From the NCBI RefSeq assembly GCF_018977255.1, contig NW_024704743.1, positions 12,650,001 through 12,714,000 on the forward strand: DNA of 64,000 nt, given 5' to 3'. The translations under genes and the position numbers were made by a program. Positions 12,562 through 26,320 of this stretch are shown here, in pieces (the stretch's first letter is position 1; each line of letters begins with the position of its first letter). The notes under the pieces were generated by a model, which worked only from the letters and a program-made list of their open reading frames with translations, was not told the origin of the DNA and did not search any database. Origin of the DNA: Callorhinchus milii. Its lineage: Eukaryota.

Positions 12562-14524
12562 CTAAAGGAGACAGGCAAGATTAGAGATATTACAAATAGA
12601 CAAAGCAGATCTTTCAAATATCACAATAGGTAGGTCTGTAAATAGCCTGATGTAGCAGCAATTTAAGGAGTAAATAGTGAAATTTATCTTTGATGTCTAG
12701 GAAGACTCCCAACAACTTTCTATTGTGGCACCTGAAATGAAGCATCAAATCTCCAAAACATTGCTGTTTTATGATATCAACAACTTACTAGCAAATGAAT
12801 TTTCTACCATAAAGGTGTCAGATTCTTGTCTCTGAGTCAGAAGGTTGCAGGTTGAAGTCCTGGGTGAGCTAAGAGTGAGCCAAGTAGCCTCCGTTTTAGT
12901 AAGATGTATAGAATTTGCTAACCATGCTTGGTTTAGTCAATTATGTAGTTTACTTTTATTTTGAGTGAGGGGGTTGCCAGAGTGTATGTCCCAGAGGACA
13001 ACAATAAATATTCATTTCCCATTTGGATACTATGTGAGTAGTGAAAATTGAGATATATTTTCCTGGCTGATATACATGAATATCATAGACTTTAGAGGGA
13101 TAATAATAACTTTGACTAATATGTACACTGTACAGGGAAATATATCCTATCTATTCTGTTGTAGTAGATCTAACAGAGTTTAGGAGGAACTTCTTCACTC
13201 AGACGGTCTAATGTCTGGGCAAAAGGAGTATTATTGTGGAATAGGATCTGAGAGTGGAGTGAAGTTCAGTTCAGATTTGAGAACACTGGCAGATTCTAAA
13301 CGGAAAGTATTGTTTTCTCCAGTTTGGCAATTGTAATTCAGAACAAGATGAAAATATTGCAATCCATATCCCAAACCATTTGGCTCACCCTGTGTTCAAT
13401 ACCACAAGCCAGTTTGTTTTACATCAGTTTATACATTCAGTTCCTGCTGAAAGTATAATTACAATAATATGAAAACCGTTTCTGATGAATATTAGTAACA
13501 TAGGGAATACATCTTGGTCTCTTTGTTAAAACAATGATGGATTAATAATGAATGCATGAATTTATTAAACACTAACCATCTCCGAGAACTGAATGTTCAA
13601 GGCAATAAGTGTGGCAGGCAGAATTTTTTTATTTACAGCTTTACATTGTACATTATACTTGCATATCTTGAACTGGGGGCTGGAATGAGCAACAGTCATA
13701 CAATTAAGTGTTTCTATTGTAAGGTAATAGTATTGCATATGGTATGTCAAATGTGTATTACAATTTAAAGAATCACATCTTGTTTAGAGATTTGATCTAC
13801 ACAAAAAAGTCTCTGCAGTAGAAAATGAATCCTGAACACTAACTCGCCTGCCCGCCCACTCACTCATTAAGTGTGACAAGGTCATTTTTCAAAGGATCAT
13901 CAATGGAAATCAACATATGTTTAAGATGCTGAAAGGGCTTTCAGGGCAGAATGGGAAAAACAACTTCCTTTAGTTTGCAAATCAGTGACAAGGTTAGCAG
14001 AAAAATTAGGAAGGATTTTCTTCAATCAGAGGGTTCTTTGCATTTGTAATTTCTTAACATATGCAGCTATTGAGGCTGGACCAGTATAATTATTTAAAAG
14101 TGAACTGCATACGTTTGTTCCCTAGCAATAAAGAACATCAAGAGATTCAGAGAGAGAGAGCTGTAATGTGGATTTAATTTTCAAAAGGCGATTTAAAAAA
14201 AACAGGTAGCAATGAGCAAATTGGACCACTTCTGAGGAGAAATCACCATATTTCTAATTTTAAAACCAGGTCAGAGAATGGACACCAACACTTTGAACTA
14301 TTCCATTAACTGTTTGACAAATGAAACACTTTGTCTTGAACTTTAAGCTCATGCAGAATTTGGGAAAACATTTAAAATCTGTTATAATTTGGAATCCGCT
14401 TTTCCACAGTTCGTAACACTTTAAAAACTAGCAGGACACTGTTTAGCCACTGAGCAATTTTAGGACACTGTAACCATTTGTCAAATACAATACTTGCTCT
14501 GCAATGCTGGGTAGAAAAAGTGAA

Positions 14525-14628
14525 AAATATATATAAACCATATATATATATCACACATATAAAATATATATATGGTTATATTCTATATATGTGGTTTATA
14601 TATATAATATATATATCATATATATAAA
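14525..14628. repeat. Imperfect (TA)n microsatellite
   Basis: Runs of atatatat are visible directly. Confidence 0.85.
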
Positions 14629-16164
14629 CCTTCAGATTAACACACTACTTTTACTTGCTTTATGGGATGCTGGGATTACTCTACCTTTTTCAGTATTCTT
14701 TTGCTTTTTTCTCACTGGACAACAGTGGAGGAGAGGAAACAGTGTTGAGTTCTACCTTTTGTAACACACCTAAGGGCAGACTATGAATTGAATCCTAGAA
14801 AGACATAGAATAGCAGGACTGGCAGAAAGGGAAGTGAAGGATAGCTGGCCTGGGTCTGTTAGAAGTACTTTGGCTCAGATGAAGCTCGAGTTTGCAAAAA
14901 GTGCCCTAAAAGGGTTTTGTATTGGAAGGTTGAGATTTAGGGCACTGTTTCCATTTCTGTTTCTCTTCTTTTCCTTATTAGATTCATTATTTTCAGGAGG
15001 ATTTTTTTTCAAAATTGTTGCAATATTTGCGGAGAAACCTAAAATAATCTTTCAGTTTAGCAGTGACTCAGACACACATAAAGTGCCTATCCCGACAGAT
15101 TTAATCTTCAAACACATCAACAATCAACAACGTCACATTCACGCTTGTTTGTGATTTGCTTCCAGATTGTGATTCCCAAAATAAACAACTCATGTTTAGG
15201 ATACGTGTCCTGGTTCTCTTCCAAAACTTTTGCAGGTTATATTACCGTTCTAATATAACTAAACATCAAAAAGCAGCAAATGCCAGATATTGTGCAGTAA
15301 ATATGCCTGGCTATCTGCTTTATGCCTCCGTGTCCAACTCTGCTCCATCCTAATACCAGACGCTCATTTTTTCACCAACTTGTCTCTTCTAATTTTATTT
15401 TCTCCCAAAGACATGTGAACTCTATCCTCCTTCTATTTAAATATGGTCCACATGCCAGAGGTTTGCCCCCGAGAAGAAAAACTGATGGAGAGAAGATTAT
15501 TCTACTAAATCCGCTAAAAAAACAGGCTGATTCATCCTGTTACATAAAAGTCTAAAAAATTAAAAAATCCCCAAAAGTGCCTCCGGATCACAACTGTTAT
15601 ATCAACTGGTGGGAATACCAGTTTAGTGCCATCTTTCAGTGTGGAGTTCCCGCAGAGAGACATGACACACTTCAGGTTAGCATCAGGAATCACTGTCTGT
15701 AACTTCTTCCTATGGATTCTGTGCTTTGGACACTATTATAGTGCACACATTTCTTGTGTAAGAAATTTCTATTGTGAACGTACTTACCTCTAAGCTTCCT
15801 GCTTTCAGGTTTTGTGTGTGTGTATGGTGGGGGGGGGGGCTGTATTTTTGTAACGGGCTAAAAGTTAGCTCATTATAGTCCAGAAATTCCACCAAGTGAG
15901 ATTAATTTGGCCTAAAATAAAAACTGCACAGAATTGTTGAAAATTTTCAGTGTTAATTTGCAAGTTTTCAAAACTATTGAAAACCAGCATACAAATTAAG
16001 ATAAAATTTAAGAATTTTTCACAATTTTGCACAAAAACTTAAATTTTTAGACAAAATGGTCTTAAATCCTTAAAACGAGATGTGATTTGAGGTCCTATTA
16101 TGTTGTGTGAATTCTCGGATTAAAATGTCCAGAATGACTCTGACTTGCCCTCAAACTGTTTGAG

Positions 16165-16466
16165 ATAATAATAATCCTTACATTTGATATAGCACTTTTC
16201 ACGTCTTCTAGACGTCTCAAAGCGCTTCACAGAATATACTGTAAAGTGTATTTGTGGGTGAAACGTGGCAGCCAATTGCGCACAGCAGTGTCCCACTAAC
16301 AGTTGTGAATTGAGTGACCAAATTATTATCGTGTTTCTTTTCTCGAGGGATTATTATCACGCATGTGGAGCAAGGAAACTTGCCCAAAGTTTCACCCTAC
16401 CAGGAATCGAACCCAGGTCTCTCGCTTGCAAGGTGAGTGCTCTAACCACTGAGCTACAGAACTCCA
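16165..16466 (-). mobile_element. tRNA-derived SINE (short variant), full length
   Basis: Same head and tail as the other copies, moderately diverged. Confidence 0.88.
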
Positions 16467-17152
16467 CAAGACAAAATTAAAGGGAAGCCCTGGACCATTT
16501 AATGTGGATAAACACTACTTTGAAACAAAATAAATCAATGATGTGAACAGTTCCCATTTTGCTCCAGCTAGTGTAGAGCTGGGTACAAATAAAAGTCATT
16601 CAAATCAAACCAGTGTGATAGAAATGGGCAGAATGCTTGCTGTGCACCTTGTAAAGCAGTATTATTATATATAGTACCAAACATGCTCTATTCAGGGGAG
16701 CGAGTGCTGTATATATCCAAAAGAAAATCAAATGCAGTCTACTTGTGAAGATTTTATTTTGCTTGGATCAACAGATCTGAACCCAGTAATGTAGAAACAT
16801 TAGAAATTGCAGTACAAAGGAGTTCATTATTTCCCCATTGAGCCTATGCTGGTGCTAGCTCCTCCATTAATACCAATTACTCAGATCCCAAATCCCAGCT
16901 GTTTCTGTGTATATTCTTTCTCTTTAACGTTTCCCTGTTTCACTTATAAAATCTTGTGTTCTTAGCTTGTTCTATAAATGTAATTTTGTTGTTGTTGTAC
17001 TAAAGTGTTCCATATTCCAATAATACTCTGTATGAAAATGCCTTCCCCTTAACTCTATACAAATGTCTGCACTATGAGTTAGGTAATATTGACAAGACAA
17101 CATATCTCGCTGTAACAGGCAGCGAGAGATTCCTTTACAAGAAAAGCCCCAC

Positions 17153-17314
17153 CTGGCCTGTCCGAAGATTCTGTACATGGAAGCACATCAACAGCTGCAG
17201 GGTCCCTGGACTCCGTGTTGGGCTCTGCTTCCTCGGGACGGGATGGCTGGTCTGACGGATGGAGCTGACCGTTCTCTACTGCCACCTCTTCATTATGCAC
17301 TGGCAGGTTTCCAT
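17153..17314 (-). CDS. PHACTR1: PHACTR1 coding exon, 162 nt, phase 1-1
   Basis: gtttcAG acceptor and CAG/GTGGGG donor. Encodes DGNLPVHNEEVAVENGQLHPSDQPSRPEEAEPNTESRDPAAVDVLPCTESSDRP, comparable to mammalian DGELSISNEEDSLENGQ...RDP, and keeps frame with its neighbours. Confidence 0.88.
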
Positions 17315-18852
17315 CTGAAACCACAAGCCACATCAGATCAGTGAAGAGGCGGCTATAAAACACATATCAGAGTGTGATGAGCAACAGGAGAAGGAAATTC
17401 CACCCAGGTGTTGGTTTCCTCTATTTATGTAGCTTTTCAGATCATCCAGTATTTGGCAAATTCTTAAACAGAACCTTAATGTTGAAGATCGTCACTTCAA
17501 CAACCAGGATTATTAGTGACTGGAAATTATTTCAGTTTTGTTGGTGCGAAATTGTATGTGAACTTGGGAGTCACTGCGGATGAAGAAGGCAGGTTACTAT
17601 CAATGAAGAATGCCATTAATTAGTCAAAGTGAGATGATAAACAGGAGATAACTGCTGTACTTGACCTTGAAATGGCTACTTTCCTGTATCTGTTTTAAAT
17701 GCTGCTGTTTTTGCCATCATCAGTCTTCTATTTGTTTTGAGTAGCAGGATTTTATCAGATTGAATATTTTCATATAAAAAAAATGATCAGTGCAGTTCAC
17801 TAAACCAGAGCTCTCTCCCCCCACTCTCTCTCCCATCTCCCCCTTGTCTCTCCCACCCGTCTCTTACCCCCCCCAGCTCTCTCCCCCATCTTTCTGCCAA
17901 GCGCGGGTCACTATCTGCAGTGGCAGGACCTGGTGGTTAGTTGCTCAGGACGTGGATGGTAAGAGATGCACTTGCCTTCCTGACAGACTGCAGTAAAGGC
18001 TCTGTGTGCTGCGTCCTCCCAACCGTCGGCTCCTGCCACTGCTCTGGGAGGACGTTCACCGGGGAGGGAGGCAGTGGAAGTTGAAATGGTGGAAATGGTC
18101 GTGTGCTGCATAAAATCACCCTCTGGGCTGCTGGCTGCCCGTGGGCCACCTGTTGGACCACACTAGATGCATTGTTGGAGGTGCTGTCCTTCAGATGAGA
18201 CTTTAAACCGAGGTGCTGTCTGCTTGTTCTCAATGATGTGATAAGGCACAATATTAACCGCACAGATTATTTATTATATTCATTATTATTAAAAGCTGTG
18301 ATGGTGCTGCAAAGCTGCCTCACCGTTGCTTTTTTTCAGCTCTGACTGATACAGTGGCAATAGGAAGAACAATTCTGTTTGGTTTTGAAGCATTCCATTT
18401 GAGGTAAGACCAAGATTAATGATCCTGGCAAGAGTTAATGATATAGTGGACAAGATGGAATCAACATGACAGATATGGGATGATCTAACACAGGAATTTC
18501 AAAGTCATCTTCGGGATGGTTGAGCGGATAAGCATGAACCACAGTCTAATTAATACCAAGATTGGGTTTGAACCTGGACCGCAGGACTGATTGACGGTTA
18601 GTGACTAAATCCCTTGCATTTGCCAATGTAAGGTATTGGGAAGTGCGTCTTCATCACTCATGCGACTTGTCACTTCAATATTTCTAGCCTGTCCAAAGTC
18701 CAAATTTCTTGACGCAAGTTTAATTGTGTGCTACCTAAGACTGGTTCCTGTCCAATCTGCAGCCGTTTTACAACGATCGGGTCAAATCATTCTCGAGAAC
18801 CACTTCTGGAATCAGTTCAGATGAGACCCCTCAAACGCAACCCATCAGTGGT

Positions 18853-19012
18853 TTCAGCATTGACCCCCCCACCCCACCATCGATCCAACTACCCCACCAG
18901 CATTGAGCCCCCCACCGCACCTCAACACTGACCCCCCCCACCCCACCTCAGCATTGACCTCCCCCACCCCATCTCAGCATTGACGCCCCTCCACCCCATC
19001 TCAGCATTGACC
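18853..19012. repeat. Short minisatellite, unit about 24 bp (CAGCATTGACCCCCCCACCCCACCT-like)
   Basis: cagcattga followed by a C-run recurs about six times. Confidence 0.8.
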
Positions 19013-22000
19013 TTGGGGGAATCGGGTCGGTGAGATTTGCCTCCCCTCAGAAAATATTTTTTAGCTGCTGTGTTTTGCTGGAAACTCTGCTGCAGGCATC
19101 ACTTCGCCTTGTGATGTATGTTTTTCTGTTACTTTTAAATTTTTGCAAAATTTTCTAACAACATTTGTTTGCAAAATCACCAAACTTTTTTTTAAAAAAG
19201 GACCTGCAACTGAATATCTCCCAACCCGTTTTTTTAAAACGGCTGTACTTTGGGCGCACATGAGCCAGTCTTTCAAGGTTAATGCAAGAACTTGTTATTG
19301 CGAGGTTGGCACATGAGTACAGACAGCCCAGTTAATTCCTATGCTCACAGGTAAGGATTCTTTTAAAAAACGGGATGTAAGCAACTGGCACCTCTCCTGG
19401 AGCATGTCCGCACCTCCCCAGGGAGACAGGTCCCATGCTTCGAGACCCTTGGATCTAGAGAACTGTTGGCCAGGTCACCCTTCTCTTAAAATACTCTAGC
19501 CAATAAAAACAGGAAGAGCATCACAGTGAAATTAGCTGCTCTGTGCCTGGAAGCTGATCTAGCGGGTGGGCAGGTGGACTGTGGACTGGAGGGTTGTGTA
19601 GTAGCACTACATTTACAGCAGCTCACTAAACCCAATTTATAGTACAATGTTATGGGAGGATGAATGTGTTTATCAATAACATAATTCTAGCCACTCAACA
19701 TGAAACCACTTTAAAAATTGCATCACTCACAAAAAAGGCCACGCCCGATGATAAGTTCACACAATAATACCATGAGCATTGCTGTAAAAAAAACCTGAGT
19801 GTCCTGCGCGGACAAGCCTGGCTCAGAAACTGGACTATCAGGAGACGGCCAGAGAGGTTTGATTCGATTGCAACATTTCACTGCATGTTGCCTTGGAGTC
19901 AGTTCAGCTCCAAGGAGACCCTCATCAAAACAAAATGGTTTAATCTTCTGAGGAAGTTAACAGCAGTGAAAGTTCCAAGAAACTTAAAGCCTGTGCCCCC
20001 TCTCTTTGACTAACGTAACCAAAGTTGTATCATATTAGTCAAAAATTAATTTGCAGTTCCATGTATAAATTTTTAGCACAGGAAACTGAGCACCCTACGA
20101 TCCATTCGATCAGAAAGGGCTACATATGCCCATATAACCTTCAGTCCTATTTCTATCCAAATATTTATCCAGCTCTTAATAGAGAAAGAAAAAACTACAT
20201 TTGGTTGGCAATCTATCCTGCTTATCTAAATGTGAGGAAAATAAACCTTTCTCAATGCTGGTCTCACTGGAGTCTCATTAATTCCACACTCTTGCCCTCT
20301 AGTTGCTAAATTACAGTTTAAGCTAAACAAAATCTGCATTATCATTTCTCCTTTCTCAACAAACTGAATTTTAAACTTCCTCTTGGGCCGAGATTTACTC
20401 TATTCAAGTAGTATTTAAAAATGTGTAGCATTTGGCAAATTACTGGGATTTCCATGTGTAGATGGGATGCATGGAATTCTCAGTTTGGTTTGGATACTCT
20501 TAAGCACGGTCATGGGTTCCTTAATCCATCAGACACTCGGCTGACACCCTAAAAAAGATATTCTTTTGAGAATAGGTGTGCAAATCTGCTCACCTATATT
20601 CAATTGTGAAGGATTAGAATAGCTTCAATTTATCATCAGCAAATTGTAAAATATTACAAGAATCATTCCTGTAATGTGTTCAGCACCCCAACGCGTCTTT
20701 GATCCGCGTGTACAGCCAGCCAACACTCGCGCACACACGCCACCCGCGCGTGTATAACCCTCCGCTTATATTTAAAACTCACATTTTCTATTCAGTTTTG
20801 AAGTGTATTGTGTGAAATGCGATTTATTTTTTGACTGATGAGTAATTCCAAAGCAGATTTCTTTTCCTCCGCATGATGCAATAGTTTAACCGGCTGACAA
20901 CAGTTGGAGTGGATCCCACCTTCAGAATAATATTACTCTCCACCCACACCATCTCCACTTCCTGTTTTAATATTTAAAGCTGACGTGGTCCCAGTCGACA
21001 TTGGTAGTATTCTGGGAAGGATGAGCTTAAATGGACTTAATATCTTTCTTCATCTGAACCTCACTTGTAACACGGGATCAAGACTCACGTAGATAGACTC
21101 CTTCCATTAACGGCTTTGCAGAAGGACTGCTCTGATGAAATCTACATCCAAAGTGCCGTTCCTGTAACCAGGTGGGAATTCTAACGGAATTCCTCATTAA
21201 AGTAACTGCAATCCAGCTATTCCCCAGTATTGCACTGAACAGCCTTTTCTTAAGTTCTTAAGAGCTCTGAGATGCTGCTTGAACTGAATTATATAATTAT
21301 ATAAATTCAAGATGTTGTTTCTTATGGTGAGAATCCTAAATTTATGCTCCTTGGTTACCAATTTTCCAACAGTGGGAATAATCCTTCACCTTCCTCTCCT
21401 GCTGACAGTACAAAGTAAATTCTACCATGAGATTTGGCCGTAAAAATATGATTCTACTTCATATAGAAAACAGGAGTAATGTTTGCATAGGCTGTTTGGG
21501 AACATTTTGGAAATCCTTCTTCACTGAACAAGGAAGATCAGAGACCTTATAACATAAGCTATGTAACACAGGTCATATTCTACACGCCACATAGAACAAT
21601 AGAAATTTAGCTTTATATAGTGCCTTATATAATGTTGGGAGGAGATCCCAAAGCGCTTAAAAACATGACACAACAACTTGCACTTATATAGCGCCCTCCA
21701 TGCTGGGTAGTGTCTCAGAGCGGCTCATAACACAGGCTGCTCAGGAGCAGACTGGAAGATAATGGACAAGGAGGATCAAACAGTAGATAAAATAAAAATC
21801 AAGAATGGACGATAAATGTTCTTTCAATTGACAGAAATAAAAATATAGTATTCTGGCTATTCACAGTAATGTACAATTCACCTTTATTTAGAACATTTAC
21901 ACACAACAGAAAGCCAACGTGAATATTGAAGTCATTGTTTTCACTCTTGTTTGAAGTTATTAAATAATATCATCAAAAGCATCTCTAAAAAACCCACAAA

Positions 22001-22065
22001 ATAACTGAGGACATTGAATGGATCCAAAGTTTGAGGTAACAAATTCCTGTTAGTAGAGTACTTGC

Positions 22066-22146
22066 CTTTTTCAAAGTTCTCTTTCAGCACTCCTCTTTTG
22101 ATTAGCTCCTCTCTGCTTTGCCTGGTTGATATCTTCCTTTCCAGAG
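22066..22146 (-). CDS. PHACTR1: PHACTR1 coding exon, 81 nt, N-terminal RPEL (G-actin-binding) motif; GC donor
   Basis: tcttgcAG acceptor. Encodes [27 protein letters not shown] (mammalian [27 protein letters not shown]). Donor is AAG/GCAAGT. Confidence 0.95.
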
Positions 22147-22289
22147 CTGCAAGACACAGAGGTGGTGATCACATTCTGAAGCACATAATCAGACTCATCA
22201 GTGCTCCAACTTCCACACTTCAACATACACACGTGTGTTCTGGCACACATCCACTTCAATGCGCAAATACACCTCTTTCACAAATACAT

Positions 22290-23515
22290 ACTGCTCTCCT
22301 CACACACACACCTCTCCTCACACACACACCTGCTTTCTCACACACACACCTGCTCTCCTCACACACACACACCTGCTCTCCTCACACACACCCACACACA
22401 CACCTCTCCTCACACACACACCTGCTTTCTCACACACACACCTGCTCTCCTCACACACACACACCTGCTCTCCTCACACACACACACCTGCTCTCCTCAC
22501 ACACACACACCTGCTCTCCTCACACACACACACACCTCTCTCACAGCCACACCTGCTCTCTCTCACACACACACACCTGCTCTCTCTCACACACACACAC
22601 CTGCTCTCCTCACACACACACACCTGCTCTCCTCACACACACACACACACACACACCTCTCTCACACAGCCACACCTGCTCTCTCTCACACACACACACC
22701 TGCTCTCTCTCACACACACACACCTGCTCTCCTCACACACACACACCTGCTCTCCTCACACACACACACACCTCTCTCACACAGCCACACCTGCTCTCTC
22801 TCACACACACACACCTGCTCTCTCTCACACACACACACCTGCTCTCCTCACACACACACACACACACCTCTCTCACACAGCCACACCTGCTCTCTCTCAC
22901 ACACACACAACTGCTCTCTCTCACACACACAGACTGCTCTCTCACACACACACACCTGCTCTCTCACACACACACCTGCTCTCACACACAGATACACACA
23001 CACACAAACCTGCTCTCTCACACACACACACACACACACAAACCTGCTCTCACACACAGATACACACACACAAACCTGCTCTCACACACACACACACACA
23101 CACAAACCTGCTCTCACACACACACACACAAACCTGCTCTCACACACAGATACACACACACACCTGCTCTCACACACAGATACACACACACACCTGCTCT
23201 CTCACACACACACCTGTTCTCACACACACACACACAAACCTGCTCTCACACACACACACCTGCTCTCTCACACACACACCTGCTCTCACACACAGATACA
23301 CACACACAAACCTGCTCTCACACACACACACACACACAAACCTGCTCTCACACACACACACACAAACCTGCTCTCACACACAGATACACACACACACCTG
23401 CTCTCTCACACACACACCTGTTCTCACACACACACACACAAACCTGCTCTCTCACATACTGATACACACATACACAAACATGCTCTCTCACACACAGAAA
23501 CACACAAACCTGCTC
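22290..23515. repeat. About 1.2 kb compound minisatellite of (CA)n with CCTGCTCTC spacers
   Basis: The unit cacacacacctgctctc(c)t is repeated dozens of times and explains the long H/T-rich ORFs. Confidence 0.95.
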
Positions 23516-24412
23516 TGACACACGCCAAGAGAAACTCAGATAGGGAAACAATATTACTGTCAAGCACTGTTTCCTTTGCAAGGTGACTGTTGCACCATTC
23601 ACAGAGAGTAGGCCAGTTAGTCCTGGACATTAGTTGTATGGCACTTCTGGTTAGCTCAACTCCACAGGACCAGGGGATGTTTTAAGCTTCCTCAACATTA
23701 TCACATGAAATCCATCCGGTCTTAATGAGTTGTCCACTTTACATCCCATCAACCTTTTGTCTAATGCCTGACAACTATTCCTTTACATCTATCTCTACCT
23801 TGCCCAGTAACTGCCAATCTCCCAGTACCATAAATACAGATGGAGAGAAACTATTTATTGCTCCCCATAATACTTAATATTTGTAATACGAAGTATTAGT
23901 ATTTGTATCCTTGAGCAAGCCTATATTCTCTTTAAATATCCTCTCATCCTTTCAACCCGAATGACTAAGCCACTCCCTTCTCTCAGCAAACACCGGCCTG
24001 CTTATGTCCCCTGCCTTATCCGCCTCATCAGCAACAACAAGAACTTGCATTTTTATAGCACTCCTCACACCATTCTGCCACCACTCACTAAAATTCCATC
24101 TTGGAGTCCCTCCAACTCCCTTTGCTCTTTTAAAACCCATCTCAAAATGTATCTCTTTTGATCACACTTTCTCATCTTTCTCCTCCCGATCCCTAGCTCG
24201 GGTCCAGCACTGTGAAGCGCTTTGAGATGTTCTCGATGTGAAAGGCTCTATATAAATTGTAAACTACATTATTTATCATTGTCAGTGTCACCCTGACTCA
24301 ATTGGTTGTGAGTTCAAGACAATTTTAAAAAACATTTTTCTTCATGATACCTATTAGTTTATTTAATAGGCTCTCAACACTCCTCTTTTTCTTCTTTTGT
24401 TTCTTAATTGAG

Positions 24413-24975
24413 TGTGTCAGCCTGGCTCAGTGATAGCATTCTCGCCTCCGAGTCAGAAGGTTGTGGGTTCAAATCCTATGTGGGGACTTGAACTCACGTG
24501 GTCTAACCTGACACTTCAATACAGTATTAGGGGGGGATGTTACATTATTGGAGGCTCCGTCCTTTACATGAGACGTTAAACTGAGGTCCCGTCTGCTTGT
24601 TGAGGTGGACGTTCAAGATCCTATTGTACAACTCAAAAAGAGAGGAGTTTCTCCGGTATCCTGGCTAATAATCTCCAAATAAAATTGTTCACTCACTCCA
24701 CGGCTGTTTGTGGGACATTTCTGTGCGCAACTGGTTCTGTGTTTCGCCCACAATACACTACATCAAATGTAGTGTACACAAGACACTACATCAAATGCAA
24801 GGGTTTATTATTATTATTAATTGGAAAATAGACAGTCACTGCACTTTACAGAATACCGTAAAGCACTTTGGGACATCTGAAAAACGTGAAAGATGCTACA
24901 TCAAATACAAGGATTATTATTGTATTATTATTACAAGGCACTACATCAAATGCAAGGGTTATTATTATTATTAAT
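24413..24975 (+). mobile_element. Deu-domain tRNA SINE, full length, with repeated tail segments
   Basis: Head gtcagcctggctcagtgatagcattctcgcctccgagtcagaaggttgtgggttcaaatcc; Deu core atgagacgttaaactgaggtcccgtctgc...aagatcc; the tail motif ctacatcaaat(g/a)caagg..ttattatt occurs three times. Confidence 0.8.
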
Positions 24976-25499
24976 TGGAAAAAAGCTGAAAAGTAGGATA
25001 AATAGTAAAGAGCATCACCAGTGGCACAGACACAATGGGCCAAATGGCCTCTGTTTCTACAAGTCAAAACTGCCAAGATATTCTGTGGTTGCTGCAGCCA
25101 CATTGTGTCAGTTTTTACAGTGGCAGATGCATTTAATGCAATTTTCTTTACTGTACTGGCACCAAAACGAAATATGTAACTTGCAGAAAATATTTAACGA
25201 CTGTCTCACTAAAAATGAAGCTGACTGAAAAAGGAAAGTAACACATGAATGTCACTGGCTGACCAAAAAAGAAAACCAGACCCCGAAACAGTCACCACAC
25301 TATTCGGAATTCATTATACAATGACATCTGTGTGTTCTGTGTAGGGCTTTGCTGGATAATAAGAGAAACCAGTGAATGAAATGGTTAACTCCAGTACCAT
25401 TCAGTGAAAAGGCCTCTATGGTACACTGCCTTTGGGGCGACATTTTTTCAATGTCTGAAGGGGGCACATTCAGAATAAATCTAGTTGTGTCTGAGATAT

Positions 25500-26010
25500 G
25501 CAGTCACAGATTCCTAAAGAGCTTCCCAGCTATTCCAGTTGTGACGTCTATGAGGCTTTGAAAGTAAAGTCAGTTCTGTTGTACACATCGAACACAGGTT
25601 CAGAAGAGATCTTTGTCTGATCAGCCTCTGAACAGGTAGACTTTTTTGAGGAAGTGACATTCAAATTAAATGTGGGATGTTCTGTAGCTAGACTTTCAAA
25701 AGGCATTTGACAAAAGTTCCACATAGAGAATTGTCTGAAGTAAAGGAAGCAGAAGGTTGTTGTTAGGGGAGCTAGGTCAAAATAGGGGTAGGTAGTAGGC
25801 AGGTACCTTTGGAATCTGTACAAGGACCCTTCCCATTCCTCGGATATGTTAATCACGTGGATTCACAGACCATCACAGTTTTGCCAATGACACCTAGTGC
25901 AGAGGAAACTACAGAATCAGAGGATACAGCAAATGTCTTACAAAAGCAGTGTGCTAGAGAATGCACATTGGCTGATAACTGACAAATGAAGTTTGATTAT
26001 AGATAAATCC
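25500..26010 (+). mobile_element. Old CR1 RT fragment
   Basis: ctagactttcaaaaggcatttgacaaaagttccacat (LDFQKAFDKVPH remnant) and tttgccaatgacacc (FADDT-like remnant). Confidence 0.6.
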
Positions 26011-26059
26011 AAGCTTTTATCCACAACCATCCACTAGAAACAACCCCCTCCGCTACACG

Positions 26060-26320
26060 TCTCTTTTTGTCTGTGTCTCTCTCTGTGTCTGTCAGTGTGT
26101 TTCTCTGTGTCTGTGAGTGTGTCTCTGTTTCTGTGAGTGTGTGTCTGTGAGTGTGTGTCTCTGTGTCTGTGAGTGCGTTTTTCTATATGTTTGTAAGTGT
26201 GTGTATGTGGCTGTCCGTGAATGTGTGTCTCTCTCTATTTTTGTGAATGTGTGTGTCTCTGTGTCTGTCAGTGTGTGTGTGAACACACGAGTGTGTGTCA
26301 CTCTCTGTATCTCTTTGTGG
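26060..26320. repeat. (TG)/(TCTG)n compound microsatellite
   Basis: Visible directly. Confidence 0.9.

Noticed and set aside
17079..17363. Stand-alone ORF calls at 17079-17363 and 12317-12508
   Set aside because: Only the splice-bounded parts are coding PHACTR1 exons; the ORF starts and stops are intronic or internal.
22062..23630. Long ORFs of 427-466 aa rich in H, T, L and S, and their C/V-rich antisense ORFs
   Set aside because: They are produced by the stop-free CA minisatellite and are open in several frames.
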